From positions 1 through 22,381 of IMG/VR virus record IMGVR_UViG_3300006204_000424: a DNA stretch of 22,381 nucleotides; one strand, 5' to 3'. This DNA is from a virus. Its lineage: Duplodnaviria; Heunggongvirae; Uroviricota; Caudoviricetes. The notes beneath the pieces were generated by a model that worked only from the letters and a program-made list of their open reading frames with translations, made no database searches and was not told the origin of the DNA. Of this stretch, positions 9,109 to 19,110 are shown piece after piece (positions within the stretch are counted from its first letter, which is position 1; each line of letters opens with the position of its first letter). A program made the translations under genes and the position numbers.

Positions 9109-9851
9109 TGAATTATGAAAATATGTCATTAGATGAGTTAAAAGAATACGCAAAGCAACTGGATATTAAAGTAGGAAATATTGGGAAAGAAAAACTCATT
9201 GAAAAAATTAAGGTTGTTGAAAATAATAAAACGGCTATTTCCGCTGTAATTGAAGATGACGATTTAGAGGCAACTGATCTAGTCCCTACTATTACGCCAC
9301 AGGAAGAAAAGAAAGAATCTCTTTTAGATTCCATTACATCTGCCATTGATGATTTAGACGAATCAGTTGATACTGGTATTAATTCAAATATTGAAGACTT
9401 ACCTATTGATACTGTAATTCCTGTTAAATCTATAACATTTGGTGGACTGACATACAAATCACGTACTAACAATGCAATTTTCAGATGGAACCAAATAGGG
9501 GCTATTGAATATATGACTGTTGCAGATTTGAATGAAATGAACAATTATAAGAGAGATTTCTTAAACAGACCACTTGTTATTCTTATGGATGAACGGGCTA
9601 TTAAAAAGTTCAGACTCACACCAGTATATGAAAATGTAGCAAAAATTAATAATCTCAAACAAGTATTTGCATCTGATATGGGCACAATTGAGAGAACTAT
9701 TGATATCGCTCTACAGGTAAATATGAGGGATATTCTTGTATCTAAAGTAAGTCAGATGATTAAAAATAAAACGCTTGTAGATATTAACATTATTCGCCTT
9801 CTAAGTAAACGTTTATCATATGATTTTGAAGAAATTTTAGAACAGCAATAA
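9108..9851 (+). CDS. Head-associated protein with N-terminal Rho_N/SAP-like helix-extension-helix motif
   Basis: YENMSLDELKEYAKQLDIKVGNIGKEKLIEKI matches the Rho N-terminal-like pattern. Acidic linker; RBS GGAGG. Confidence 0.55.
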   Translation: MNYENMSLDELKEYAKQLDIKVGNIGKEKLIEKIKVVENNKTAISAVIEDDDLEATDLVPTITPQEEKKESLLDSITSAIDDLDESVDTGINSNIEDLPIDTVIPVKSITFGGLTYKSRTNNAIFRWNQIGAIEYMTVADLNEMNNYKRDFLNRPLVILMDERAIKKFRLTPVYENVAKINNLKQVFASDMGTIERTIDIALQVNMRDILVSKVSQMIKNKTLVDINIIRLLSKRLSYDFEEILEQQ

Positions 9852-9866
9852 AGGCAGGTGATATAT

Positions 9867-10322
9867 ATGGCTAATACCACTCAGTATCATGAACTTGTGG
9901 ATATTTTCTTTAATAAAATCAAAGATTATGATTTAGCAAACATGGACGAAAATATTGCTACTGAAATTGCTATTGGCTATATTGATTCTGCTTGTAGTCA
10001 ATTTCAATCATGCACACAGGATTTGGACAATAGAGATGATGAACTTGGACAGTTTGGGATAAAGTTAAGTAATACAAATAAGCAAATGTTAGTGAACTAC
10101 ATGTGCATCGAATTCTTGGACTCTAACTTTCTACGAGTTAGCCAGGCATTAAAATCCAGACTATCTACTAGCGACTTCCATTCTTTACAGAATCCGCAAC
10201 AATTATCAAAAGTTATGGAACTTCGCACAATGCTTAAATCAGAAAATGATCAGTTGGCTATCAATAAATCATATAAAGATTCTAAACTCTTTGATTTAGT
10301 TACAAATAGGAAGAAGGTGTAA
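9867..10322 (+). CDS. Putative head-tail adaptor
   Basis: About 151 aa, helical, in the neck position. ATG 9867 follows AGGTGA, and the GTG at 9858 lies inside that RBS. Confidence 0.55.
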   Translation: MANTTQYHELVDIFFNKIKDYDLANMDENIATEIAIGYIDSACSQFQSCTQDLDNRDDELGQFGIKLSNTNKQMLVNYMCIEFLDSNFLRVSQALKSRLSTSDFHSLQNPQQLSKVMELRTMLKSENDQLAINKSYKDSKLFDLVTNRKKV

Positions 10323-10323
10323 A

Positions 10324-11385
10324 ATGAGCCTTCGACTTATGAAAGAACGAGTCAAACATAGCGGTTTTACAGTACGTGAAGAAATGATAATAGATGGGCA
10401 AAATCTACTAAAAGAAGAATTGGAGCATGATTCTTCGTACTCCCCTACTATGTTTTTCTGGAATCCAGTGTTGGGATGTGATGATAGACCTGCCAAAGTC
10501 AGAATTTATAATCGAAAATATAGTTCATTAAACGGCAATTATCAAAATTTTTTAACTACATATGATAATCCAATTAAAATTGGAGAATATCTGCATGATA
10601 CAAAAGATGACACATACTGGCTCATTTATAATTCATTCAATGTAAATGATGTACACTATGAAGGTAAAATGATTCAGTGTAATTATCTTCTGCGCTGGCA
10701 ATTGTCAAGTGGGAAAATCATAGAACGTTATACGAATATTGTTAGTGCCAGCAAGTATGATGTGGGCGAGAGTGGAAATAGCACATTACAATTAAGTTCA
10801 AATAACTATACAATACTTTTTGGGTATTGCGAAGAAGGTTTTGAATTAGAGGGGAAACGGGTATTTATTGATATGCGGCATATCAATCCTATTAAAGTAT
10901 TCAAAATTACTCGTAGCGATGATGTTTTATATAATTCTGGTAACATGGGCGCATTGTTGAGTTTCATAGCCGATAAAGATGAATTCAATCCAGAATTTGA
11001 TAATCAGGAACTTAGAATATGTAATTATATTAAACCTGAATTGTCTCCCTCCCCTGTCCCCCAGCCACCTGATGAAGTGAAAGATTTAAGGTGTGAAATT
11101 TCTGGCAGTAAAAATTTGAAAAATGGTTATACCCGTACTTATACAGCTTCATTATTCAATAAAGAGGGAAATGCTGTAAATTGGGATGATACATTATATA
11201 ACTGGAATATTCAAAGTGATTTTGATATTGAAAAGATTATTGCCAAAAATAAAATTAAAATAAAAGTTAATGATGAAACTTTGATAGGGCTCTCTTTTTC
11301 ATTGCAGGTTATATCAAAAACAGACAATTCTATTATCGCAGAAGATACCATTTCAATTATTGAACTGATTGCAAAAGGAGGTTAA
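10324..11385 (+). CDS. Putative head closure/neck protein with C-terminal Ig-like domain
   Basis: Beta-rich N-terminal part, Pro-rich linker (LSPSPVPQPP), then an Ig-like beta domain. Assigned by position. Confidence 0.5.
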   Translation: MSLRLMKERVKHSGFTVREEMIIDGQNLLKEELEHDSSYSPTMFFWNPVLGCDDRPAKVRIYNRKYSSLNGNYQNFLTTYDNPIKIGEYLHDTKDDTYWLIYNSFNVNDVHYEGKMIQCNYLLRWQLSSGKIIERYTNIVSASKYDVGESGNSTLQLSSNNYTILFGYCEEGFELEGKRVFIDMRHINPIKVFKITRSDDVLYNSGNMGALLSFIADKDEFNPEFDNQELRICNYIKPELSPSPVPQPPDEVKDLRCEISGSKNLKNGYTRTYTASLFNKEGNAVNWDDTLYNWNIQSDFDIEKIIAKNKIKIKVNDETLIGLSFSLQVISKTDNSIIAEDTISIIELIAKGG

Positions 11386-11390
11386 CGTTA

Positions 11391-11876
11391 ATGGCATATT
11401 TAGAAGAAATACCTTCATACAAAGACGATCTCCTGCACGCATTTATAGAAAACGAAAATATCATAACTCTTATAGGCAGCAAGGATCAAAACATACAAGA
11501 TCCAGTTGACCTAATTGGCGAAAATATATTTCCCAATCCATATGTGCCCGATACACAATCTGAAGTGAAAACGTATTTGTGTATGGATATATACGTTCCT
11601 CGTGTAAGAGATAAACTATTCAAAGATGTACAAATTGTTATAAATATTTTTTCTCATAAAAATATGTCTACATACAAAGGGAAAAGCCGTGTTGATCTAC
11701 TCAACATTGAAGTTGATAAAATATTGAATGGAAATATGGATTTCGGCATTGACTCAGTTCAGCTTTATTCCGTGATGCCTTATCTGCCTAACAATCATTT
11801 TTTTGGCAAACAAATCATTTATACTGTTCAAAATTTTAACCAAAGAAGGTGCAGGCACAATGAACACAAAATTTAG
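11391..11876 (+). CDS. Putative tail terminator/completion protein
   Basis: 161 aa with RBS AAGGAGG and an alpha/beta pattern typical of tail terminators. Assigned by position. Confidence 0.5.
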   Translation: MAYLEEIPSYKDDLLHAFIENENIITLIGSKDQNIQDPVDLIGENIFPNPYVPDTQSEVKTYLCMDIYVPRVRDKLFKDVQIVINIFSHKNMSTYKGKSRVDLLNIEVDKILNGNMDFGIDSVQLYSVMPYLPNNHFFGKQIIYTVQNFNQRRCRHNEHKI

Positions 11877-12675
11877 TAAAGCCCTTCTCATGCATGGTAA
11901 AGACTATCCTTTAACTGAGTATATCACACTTCACCATCCAACAATAGACGAAATTCTGAATATAGATGAAACCGCCAGCCCAGATAATACTTACTTGCAA
12001 TATGTACAAATCATATTATCTGATCCATATACAAACATGGTTATGTTGGATGACATGGGAAAAAACTATTTAGAAGTTACGCCATTTGAAGTATTTCTTT
12101 TGCAGTGGGACGCTTGTGTCCAGAGTTATAATGCAAATAAAGAATTGTATGATACTTGTCAAATACACCCTTTACAAACAATTTTAAACGCATTGCAGTT
12201 TTTCATCAATGAACAGCATTATTTCCTAAAGGGCAAATATGATGATAATCAAGTTTGTCTGTATGATGTCGAAAATCCGTCATGTCAAATTACGCAAGAA
12301 ATATTTGAATTTATCTGCGAATGGGTGAAATCTATCAATAAATTTGACTATTCAAATCGTATCAATCCAGCAGATGAAAACGCAAGGCGTGTTCTTATAG
12401 AGGATATGCGTGAAGAACAGAAAAAGGCGAAAAGACGCAAAAAGAAAAAAGACGACAATCAAGATTATATTGGCAATCTTATGTCCGCTGTTAGTTTTTG
12501 CGGCAACGGATCAATAACGCCGTTCAATATCAGGAAATGTAAAATATATTGGCTCAATGAAGCGTTATCCATCAGCGGAAAGAAATCAAATGCAGATCAT
12601 ATTTTAGATGGAATGTATCACGGGACAATCAGTTCAAAAGATGTAAATAAGAAAGAATTAGACTGGATGAAATAA
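11860..12675 (+). CDS. Hypothetical tail-module protein
   Basis: ATG 11860 follows GAAGGTG and is preferred over TTG 11803. Basic patch KKAKRRKKKK. Confidence 0.65.
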   Translation: MNTKFSKALLMHGKDYPLTEYITLHHPTIDEILNIDETASPDNTYLQYVQIILSDPYTNMVMLDDMGKNYLEVTPFEVFLLQWDACVQSYNANKELYDTCQIHPLQTILNALQFFINEQHYFLKGKYDDNQVCLYDVENPSCQITQEIFEFICEWVKSINKFDYSNRINPADENARRVLIEDMREEQKKAKRRKKKKDDNQDYIGNLMSAVSFCGNGSITPFNIRKCKIYWLNEALSISGKKSNADHILDGMYHGTISSKDVNKKELDWMK

Positions 12676-12688
12676 TCCAGTTATTTTT
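12662..12688 (+). terminator. Stem-loop in front of the major tail gene (terminator or processing/stabilising hairpin)
   Basis: ACTGGAT-gaaata-ATCCAGT followed by TATTTTT. Confidence 0.4.
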
Positions 12689-12708
12689 AATATGGAGGAA
12701 TGTTACAT

Positions 12709-13512
12709 ATGAAGTATGCTTTTAAGAAGGTTCGCCGAATCATTATCAATGATCTGGCAACAAAAAAACATAAGGTTACATTGAATGACCTTAAAAATTT
12801 TAAGATCAACGGTTCTCAGGATACTGTATATGCTGAAGGTCAGGACGGGGCAAAACTTGCTGCATTTGATGTAAACAAAGTTGCAAGCATTTCTGCTGAA
12901 AATGGTTCTGTTGATGAAGGCTACCTTGCATTGCAGGTTGGTTCTGAAGTGGTAAAGGTAACGAATGGGTCTTCTATTCTTATTCGAGAAGAATTCCCTA
13001 TTCAAGATGGCGACACCAGCGTTGTGCTTTCTTACAAAGCCACAGGAGCAACAGGAAATGAAGTCAGGTTTATTTATAAGGCAGACAGCAACGGGCTTCC
13101 TGGGGACAATTATACGCAGAATGCAACAGCTTCTGAAACAGAATTTGCCTATGCGCCTGACACAAAAACAATTACACTTCCAACAGATGTTTTCCATGCC
13201 GGAGATACTGTAATCGTTGATTATTATCCTAAATTCTCTGAATATGAAGAAATTGCAAATGATGCTAACAAGTTCTCTATGACTGGCGAAATCATTGTAG
13301 ACGCATGGTTTACCGACTTGTGTACAGAAGCAGATGTACCTCTTCAGCTTTATCAGCCAAAAGGGAAAATTTCTGGTACAATCGACCTTTCCGCTGGTGA
13401 TCAGGCAGCCGTACAAAGCATTGAGATTGAATCTCTGACCAGAGCTTGTGTTGGTGACAGCAAAAACCTTTGGATTCTTAGAAAATATGATTTATCTAAG
13501 GCAGAAGCCTGA
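12709..13512 (+). CDS. Major tail (tube) protein
   Basis: About 267 aa, beta-rich and acidic, with an inserted Ig-like segment. ATG 12709 lies 10 nt after GGAGG. Confidence 0.7.
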   Translation: MKYAFKKVRRIIINDLATKKHKVTLNDLKNFKINGSQDTVYAEGQDGAKLAAFDVNKVASISAENGSVDEGYLALQVGSEVVKVTNGSSILIREEFPIQDGDTSVVLSYKATGATGNEVRFIYKADSNGLPGDNYTQNATASETEFAYAPDTKTITLPTDVFHAGDTVIVDYYPKFSEYEEIANDANKFSMTGEIIVDAWFTDLCTEADVPLQLYQPKGKISGTIDLSAGDQAAVQSIEIESLTRACVGDSKNLWILRKYDLSKAEA

Positions 13513-13536
13513 CCTGTTTTACGAGGTGATATAACT

Positions 13537-13803
13537 TTGAGTAAACCAAATACGGTATGTCGTGTTTGCAGGAAAGAATATTACTGTTGCACTGACAGCA
13601 GAGAAGCAAACTCATGGAGAGCAATGGCATGTTCTCCTGAGTGCTATCAAAAATATATGCGGCGCATTGAAATGGCAAGAAATAAACCTATGGAAAGCAT
13701 TAAAAATGATATTTTAGAAAGCATTTCAGAAGAAGCAGCAGCAGTAAAACCTAAAACACGAAAAAAGAAAGCTGAAAATATTGAGGATACAGATGAAAAT
13801 TAA
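13537..13803 (+). CDS. Small Cys-rich (metal-binding) protein
   Basis: CxxC...CC...CxxxC (6 Cys) and a charged tail. TTG start after GAGGTGA. Confidence 0.7.
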   Translation: MSKPNTVCRVCRKEYYCCTDSREANSWRAMACSPECYQKYMRRIEMARNKPMESIKNDILESISEEAAAVKPKTRKKKAENIEDTDEN

Positions 13804-13832
13804 GTATTGAGATTAGTGTATTGAAAATTCAT

Positions 13833-13871
13833 ATGGGATATACACTACTTTGTTGTATATCCCATTTTTTT
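13833..13871 (+). terminator. Intrinsic terminator
   Basis: ATGGGATATACA / TGTATATCCCAT perfect 12-bp stem followed by T6. Confidence 0.85.
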
Positions 13872-13890
13872 ACACTTTGGAGGTGATTTA

Positions 13891-14088
13891 TTGAAAGAAA
13901 TGATTGTAATTGACAATCGTACAGACGAAATTAAATTGGTAAACCAGCGTCAAGTGTTTTTATATGTCAAAAATGGGCTACAGCCATTGCGATTAGAAGT
14001 TGGACATAGCGGCAAACTTGTATATATTTTCTCTCGTACTAAGAGTGAAGATCTATTTACAAAATGGAGAAACTATGAATTGGAGTAA
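13891..14088 (+). CDS. Small hypothetical protein (DUF5659-like pattern)
   Basis: TTG after GGAGGTGA. Pattern NQRQ..LYVKNGLQP......KLVYIF...LFTKW. Confidence 0.7.
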   Translation: MKEMIVIDNRTDEIKLVNQRQVFLYVKNGLQPLRLEVGHSGKLVYIFSRTKSEDLFTKWRNYELE

Positions 14089-14094
14089 TACTGA

Positions 14095-15243
14095 ATGAAA
14101 ACATATTATCTTGACAACGCAGCAACCACAGCGGTTAGTAAAGATGTAATGGATGTAATTTTTACTACAATGAATGAATCCTATGGCAATCCAAGCAGTT
14201 TACATGACGTAGGACAAAAAGCAAAAAATATCATGAATGAAGCGCGAAAGACAATTGCCGAGAAAATAAATTGCAAACTTTCAGAAATCATTTTTACCTC
14301 TGGTGCCTGTGAATCGAATTCATTAGCAATCCAAGGTTTTATGAGATGCCATGATGCTGTTTTTATTACATCCGCTATTGAACACAAATCTATACTTGCT
14401 TTATGCGAAAGCAATAAGTATGAAACGTATTTTGTTGATGTAGATGAGGAAGGTTTTATTGATTTCATACAGCTCGAAGAGTATTGTAAAAACGCCTATA
14501 GTCAAAGAAAAGAAATTTTAGTATCTATCCAGGGTGCAAACAGTGAGATTGGTACAATTCAGGACTTGAAAAGAATAGCAGCGATTGCACACAACTATCA
14601 TGGAGTTGTTCATAGCGATATTACACAGCTGCTCCCCTACTCTAATATTGACGTAAAGCAATTAGATATTGATATGATATCAGCTAGTGGACAAAAAATT
14701 CACGCACCAAAGGGTATCGGTATTTTGTATGTAAAAAAGGAGATTCAATTAAAACCTTTGATTTTTGGTTCTCAAGAATTTGGACTTCGAGGCGGAACAG
14801 AAAACATTCCATACATTGCAGGATTAGCAAAAGCATATGAAAAAATTTCAACATATCATTCTGATATTCAGAAGTTGCGAGACTATATGGAAACAAAACT
14901 ATTATCAGAAATTCCATTGTGTAGAATCAATAGCAGCAAATATATGAGGATTCCTAATAACATAAATATTTCATTCCAGGGAATAGAAGCTGAAACATTA
15001 TTGTTGCTCTTAAATATAGATGGGATATATGTATCAGCTGGCTCTGCCTGTGATTCTAAAAATTTATCCCCCTCCCCTGTTCTTGCCGCAATCAAGGTTC
15101 CAGATGCCTATATTAACGGAACAATTCGTATTACATTATCAGAAAATCTAACTGTAAATGATGTAGATTATATTGTTTCAACCATTCATAAACGTGTAAA
15201 TCAATTAAGAAATTTTTCAGGCAAGGATGTGTTCAGTGTTTAA
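14095..15243 (+). CDS. iscS: Cysteine desulfurase, IscS/NifS group I (PLP-dependent aminotransferase class V)
   Basis: YLDNAATT, GNPSS, FTSGACESN, IEHKS, HSDITQ, PLP-lysine motif SGQKIHAPKGIG, RGGTEN, catalytic-Cys loop SAGSACDS. Confidence 0.93.
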   Translation: MKTYYLDNAATTAVSKDVMDVIFTTMNESYGNPSSLHDVGQKAKNIMNEARKTIAEKINCKLSEIIFTSGACESNSLAIQGFMRCHDAVFITSAIEHKSILALCESNKYETYFVDVDEEGFIDFIQLEEYCKNAYSQRKEILVSIQGANSEIGTIQDLKRIAAIAHNYHGVVHSDITQLLPYSNIDVKQLDIDMISASGQKIHAPKGIGILYVKKEIQLKPLIFGSQEFGLRGGTENIPYIAGLAKAYEKISTYHSDIQKLRDYMETKLLSEIPLCRINSSKYMRIPNNINISFQGIEAETLLLLLNIDGIYVSAGSACDSKNLSPSPVLAAIKVPDAYINGTIRITLSENLTVNDVDYIVSTIHKRVNQLRNFSGKDVFSV

Positions 15244-15808
15244 TCAGGAATTAAAATTAATATCCCCTATCCCCCCATCCGTGAACCATTATCTTGGGAT
15301 TAGGGCTGTGATGAAAAACGGAAGACCTTTTGCAATGACATATAAAAAGAAAGAAGCTGTTCAATTTCAAAAACGATTTTCCGAATATGTACAAGATGAA
15401 GTAAAAAAACAAGGATGGATAAAATCAGAAAATAAATCACAGCATTATTACATGGATTGTATCTTTTATTTTGATCGTGTTGATAAAGATGCAAATAACT
15501 CATATAAAGTATTGGCAGACGCAATCACAGACGCAGGATGTGTTTGGATTGATGATACACAATTGTGTGAACGTGTGCAGGGGATATATTATGATGCTAA
15601 AAATCCCAGAATAGAAATTACCATTCATCCAGTAGATTATATTGGTATATTTGAAAGTGCTTCACAATTAAAAAAATTTGATACTAATTGCATTGGTTGT
15701 ATACGATATAAACGGAATTGCAGTATTTTACAAAAAGCCAAAGAAGGACGAATTCAAGAAGAAATTGTTGAAATGAAATGTTCAAAATATAAGAAAGCTG
15801 GTACATAA
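15236..15808 (+). CDS. rusA: RusA-family Holliday junction resolvase with Cys-rich C-terminal extension
   Basis: PPSVNHY and DKDANNSYKVLADAIT...WIDDTQ match the RusA DxDN..K...D...DD signature. GTG 15236 fits the AAGGA spacing; ATG 15227 is the alternative. Confidence 0.85.
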   Translation: MFNQELKLISPIPPSVNHYLGIRAVMKNGRPFAMTYKKKEAVQFQKRFSEYVQDEVKKQGWIKSENKSQHYYMDCIFYFDRVDKDANNSYKVLADAITDAGCVWIDDTQLCERVQGIYYDAKNPRIEITIHPVDYIGIFESASQLKKFDTNCIGCIRYKRNCSILQKAKEGRIQEEIVEMKCSKYKKAGT

Positions 15809-16005
15809 TGATAAAACATGAAAATGATTGTGTAGGATGCGCAGAAATATTTCCTTGTATTGGAGATGTTTGTTGTTATAGAAATGTTCCTCATTACCAT
15901 TGTGATGAATGTGGTGAGGAAGATGCTCTGTATTATTTTGACGATGATGAACTATGTATTCATTGTGTTGAGAAAAGATTAAATAAGGTGACTGATTGGA
16001 GGTAA
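15808..16005 (+). CDS. Small Cys-rich protein (9 Cys in 65 aa)
   Basis: CX2CX5CX4CC, CxxC and CxxC. The start overlaps the rusA stop. Confidence 0.7.
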   Translation: MIKHENDCVGCAEIFPCIGDVCCYRNVPHYHCDECGEEDALYYFDDDELCIHCVEKRLNKVTDWR

Positions 16006-16010
16006 AATAT

Positions 16011-16241
16011 ATGGTTAAAAAATGGTTTAAGATGAAACAAAAAGAAATTGAACTAAAGTTATTTGTATATACTTATGCTGTTGATTTTATTAAAAACAAA
16101 GACGAAGCAATCAAAATGATTAAAGACGTTTATGACGCTATGAAGGAGATTTCTCAGGAGGAAATGAAAGATACCCTGATGTCTATCATTGCTGAAAAAA
16201 TCCACGAGGAAGCAGAAAATCACGTTAATGAAAATAGTTAA
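16011..16241 (+). CDS. Small helical hypothetical protein
   Basis: ATG 16011 follows GGAGGT. Confidence 0.65.
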   Translation: MVKKWFKMKQKEIELKLFVYTYAVDFIKNKDEAIKMIKDVYDAMKEISQEEMKDTLMSIIAEKIHEEAENHVNENS

Positions 16242-16650
16242 AACTATAAATGATTTGAAAATTCAAATAGACAATGCCTGTAATAAAGCAGTTGAGAACG
16301 CATGTAATAGAATACTAGGAAGTCTACAGCAAATTATTGATGAAGAATTCTATGAAATGTTTGAACCAGAATATTATTCCAGAACATATCAATTCTGGCA
16401 TTCTGCCACTACTAAAATGCTTAACCATGCTTGCGGTAAAGTATTTATGGATCAAGATGCAATGAATTATAATGATTTCTGGACTGGCGAGAAACAATTA
16501 TATCATGCCAGTATTGGCAGTCATGGCGGATGGGTTACTGATGAAACACAAGAGCATAGATTTTGGGATGTATTTATTGAATTTTGCGAAATGAATGCAA
16601 TAGATATATTGAAACAGGAATTGTCTAAACAAGGACTTAATATTAGATAA
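16228..16650 (+). CDS. Putative tail completion-type protein preceding the tape measure gene
   Basis: Motif Y...F.P.YY.RT in a helical protein just upstream of the tape measure gene. ATG 16228 preferred over TTG 16189. Confidence 0.5.
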   Translation: MKIVKTINDLKIQIDNACNKAVENACNRILGSLQQIIDEEFYEMFEPEYYSRTYQFWHSATTKMLNHACGKVFMDQDAMNYNDFWTGEKQLYHASIGSHGGWVTDETQEHRFWDVFIEFCEMNAIDILKQELSKQGLNIR

Positions 16651-16653
16651 GTT

Positions 16654-16684
16654 ATACCGCCCTTCTGTTGGCGGTATTTTTATT
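16654..16684 (+). terminator. Intrinsic terminator before the tape measure gene
   Basis: ATACCGCC-cttctgtt-GGCGGTAT followed by TTTTATT. Confidence 0.75.
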
Positions 16685-16713
16685 ATCCCAAAATAGAAGG
16701 AGGTATGTAATTA

Positions 16714-18998
16714 ATGGATACAAATCAGTTTTTAATTGAGCTTCAAGCAATATTAAATAAAGAAGTTTCAAAAGGAAATATCGACAAATCCATTATGCGA
16801 CTGCAAGATCAAATTCAAAAATTACAATTGCGAGTCGAAATCAATCCAAAGGATTTGTTAAAACTTAAAACGCAAATAGAAAAGATAACGAATCAGAAAA
16901 TCAAAATTCCCAATATTGGTTTTGATTCAGACAACGCAATTAAAGAGGCTCAAAAGACAGCACAGCAAATTGCTAATGCTTCAACTGCTGCTACCACTAC
17001 AATCATTCAGAATGAGGGGAAAAAACAACAGGCAATTCAAAAAACCGCAAATGCTCAGAAACAAATCTCAAAAGATGAATCTTTAATAAAATCAGGCTTA
17101 AATGCGACTACATTTAATAATACAATTGACGCTGCCAAAGTTGCTGCCAACCATTTTAAGGAATTATTAAAAAATGAAAATGCTGTTATTTCTGTATCTG
17201 AGCAATTTGGGAAAACAAATAGTCTTGCATCTTTCACTGTAAATGTCAAAAGAGCTGTTGGCGAAGTAGAAACATTAAGATATGCATTAAGTGAAATTAA
17301 AGATGTAAATGGAAAAGGAACTGGTCAATACCATTTTGTTAACAAAGGCGGAACGATCAATGACTCAAATGCTAAAAAACAAGTACAGCAAATCGAAAAT
17401 GCCTTTGCAAACTACACGCAGAAATTAGCACAGTTTAAATCAACAAACAATAATATCCTATCAGGACTATCCTCTCCCCTATCCGATTTTGAAAATAAAC
17501 TGGCTGGTTTGCGGAACGGGACAGTTACGATTGATGAATTAAGAAACTCTTTTAGTATGCTCAAAGCAGAAGCATCTAAGATTACATCTAATTTATCAGG
17601 CGACTTAAACAAAGTTGATAAAGCTGTTCGTAATATTTCTAAAGGCAAAGAAGCAATAGCCAGTCTAAGGGCAGAATTTAATGGATTACACAGCACTCCC
17701 AAAGATATAAATTCTGAAATTACAAAACTTTCTACTGGACTACAAAACATAAAGAAAATCGAAGCACAAGAAGGACGTTCTGCAAATTGGAGCAAAGCAT
17801 ATAAAGAATGGGAAATTGCCGTTGACAGCTTAAATGCTAAATTAAAAGTCCTAAAAAAAGAGCAATCTAATATTGCAAACACTCAGGTTTTCAAGACTTC
17901 TGATCTTAGGAAAGCAAAGATACCTTATATGAGTAAGGTTTCAAATACCACCGAAAAGCAAATGGCAGAAATCCAAAAAATGGCTAATGCTTATGGGTGG
18001 CAAAAATTTGATGTAAAGAGTATAGAGCAAGCAGATGGTCTGATTAAAAAACTCACCTTGACCATTACTGATGCCGAAGGTGCTATCAAACGCCTTAATT
18101 TCCAAAGGGCTAATTTAAAGGGTAACGGAAAAACACAAGCTGGTCTTATGCAGACAGGTGATGTACAAGTCATTAAAACTGCTTCAAAGGCTCAAGAAGA
18201 ACTTGCGCAAAGTGCAGCAAAAGCAAATGCTAAGTTAGCGGAGCAAGCAAATAAAATACAATTTTCTATAAAAACTGGCGAGTATGAATCTAAAATTGCT
18301 TCGTTAATTGCAAAAACACAGCAATGGACAACTGCCGAAGGAAATGCGCGAATTAGTACAACAAATCTTTCAACTGCATTAATTGAGCTGGATAGAGTTT
18401 CAGAGGCATATGCGAATAACCCAAGTGAAGCAATGCAGAGAAGATTGATTGAATCAAGTAAGAAACTTGATGCAGAATACAAAAAAGTCACAAACTCAGT
18501 TCGCAAAATGAATGCAGAGATAGCGAAAGATTCATCTATTGCTTCATTGCATAACAAAGTTTCTGACTTTATGAGCAAGAATGGGAAGGCAGTTAAATAT
18601 TCTGGAGAATTTCAAAGAATATTTAATGAAACTGCTAAAGGCGCACAATTAACTCGGGAACAGGTTGTAAGGTTAAACCAAGAATTTAATCAGGCGGTTG
18701 TATCAGCACGCAATGCAGGTAAACTTGGGAAAACATTTTTTCAAACTATGAAAGATGGAATGAGTTCATTCAGTTATTGGACAAGTTCTACTTTTATTGT
18801 AATGAAGACATTTTCTGAAATCCGACAGGCGGTTACTACTGTAAAGGAATTAGATACTGCTTTAGTGGATTTGAAGAAAACAACTACAATGACATCCAGT
18901 GAATTGGAACAGTTCTATTATGATGCTAATGACGTTGCAAAACAAATGGGTGTCACAACTAAGGAAATTATTGATCAGGCAAGTGCGTGGTCAAGGCT
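16714..18998 (+). CDS. Tail tape measure protein, exon 1
   Basis: Strong RBS AAGGAGG. Long helical Ala/Lys/Gln-rich chain ending in the start of the tape measure core (VKELDTALVDLKKTT...QASAWSR). Ends in split codon CT|A. Confidence 0.9.
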
Positions 18999-19110
18999 TA
19001 ATCAAATAGGTCTGCTATATGGTAACATATAGGCAATAACCCTCTCAAATCATGGGAAGTCCAGAGATGGATAATCATGAGGGTAATGCATTAAATTATA
19101 AGTAATTTCA

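Noticed and set aside
11045-15077. Repeated CCCTCCCCTGT at about 11045 and 15068
   Set aside because: Both encode SPSPV inside unrelated genes; most likely chance.
14095-15243. Dnd/Ssp phosphorothioation system
   Set aside because: No dndBCDE or ssp genes in the window; a desulfurase alone does not support the call.
15996-16650. Tail assembly chaperone -1 frameshift pair upstream of the tape measure gene
   Set aside because: The second ORF is in the +1 frame relative to the first, and there is no in-frame XXXYYYZ slippery site (GAA AAA ATC does not fit).
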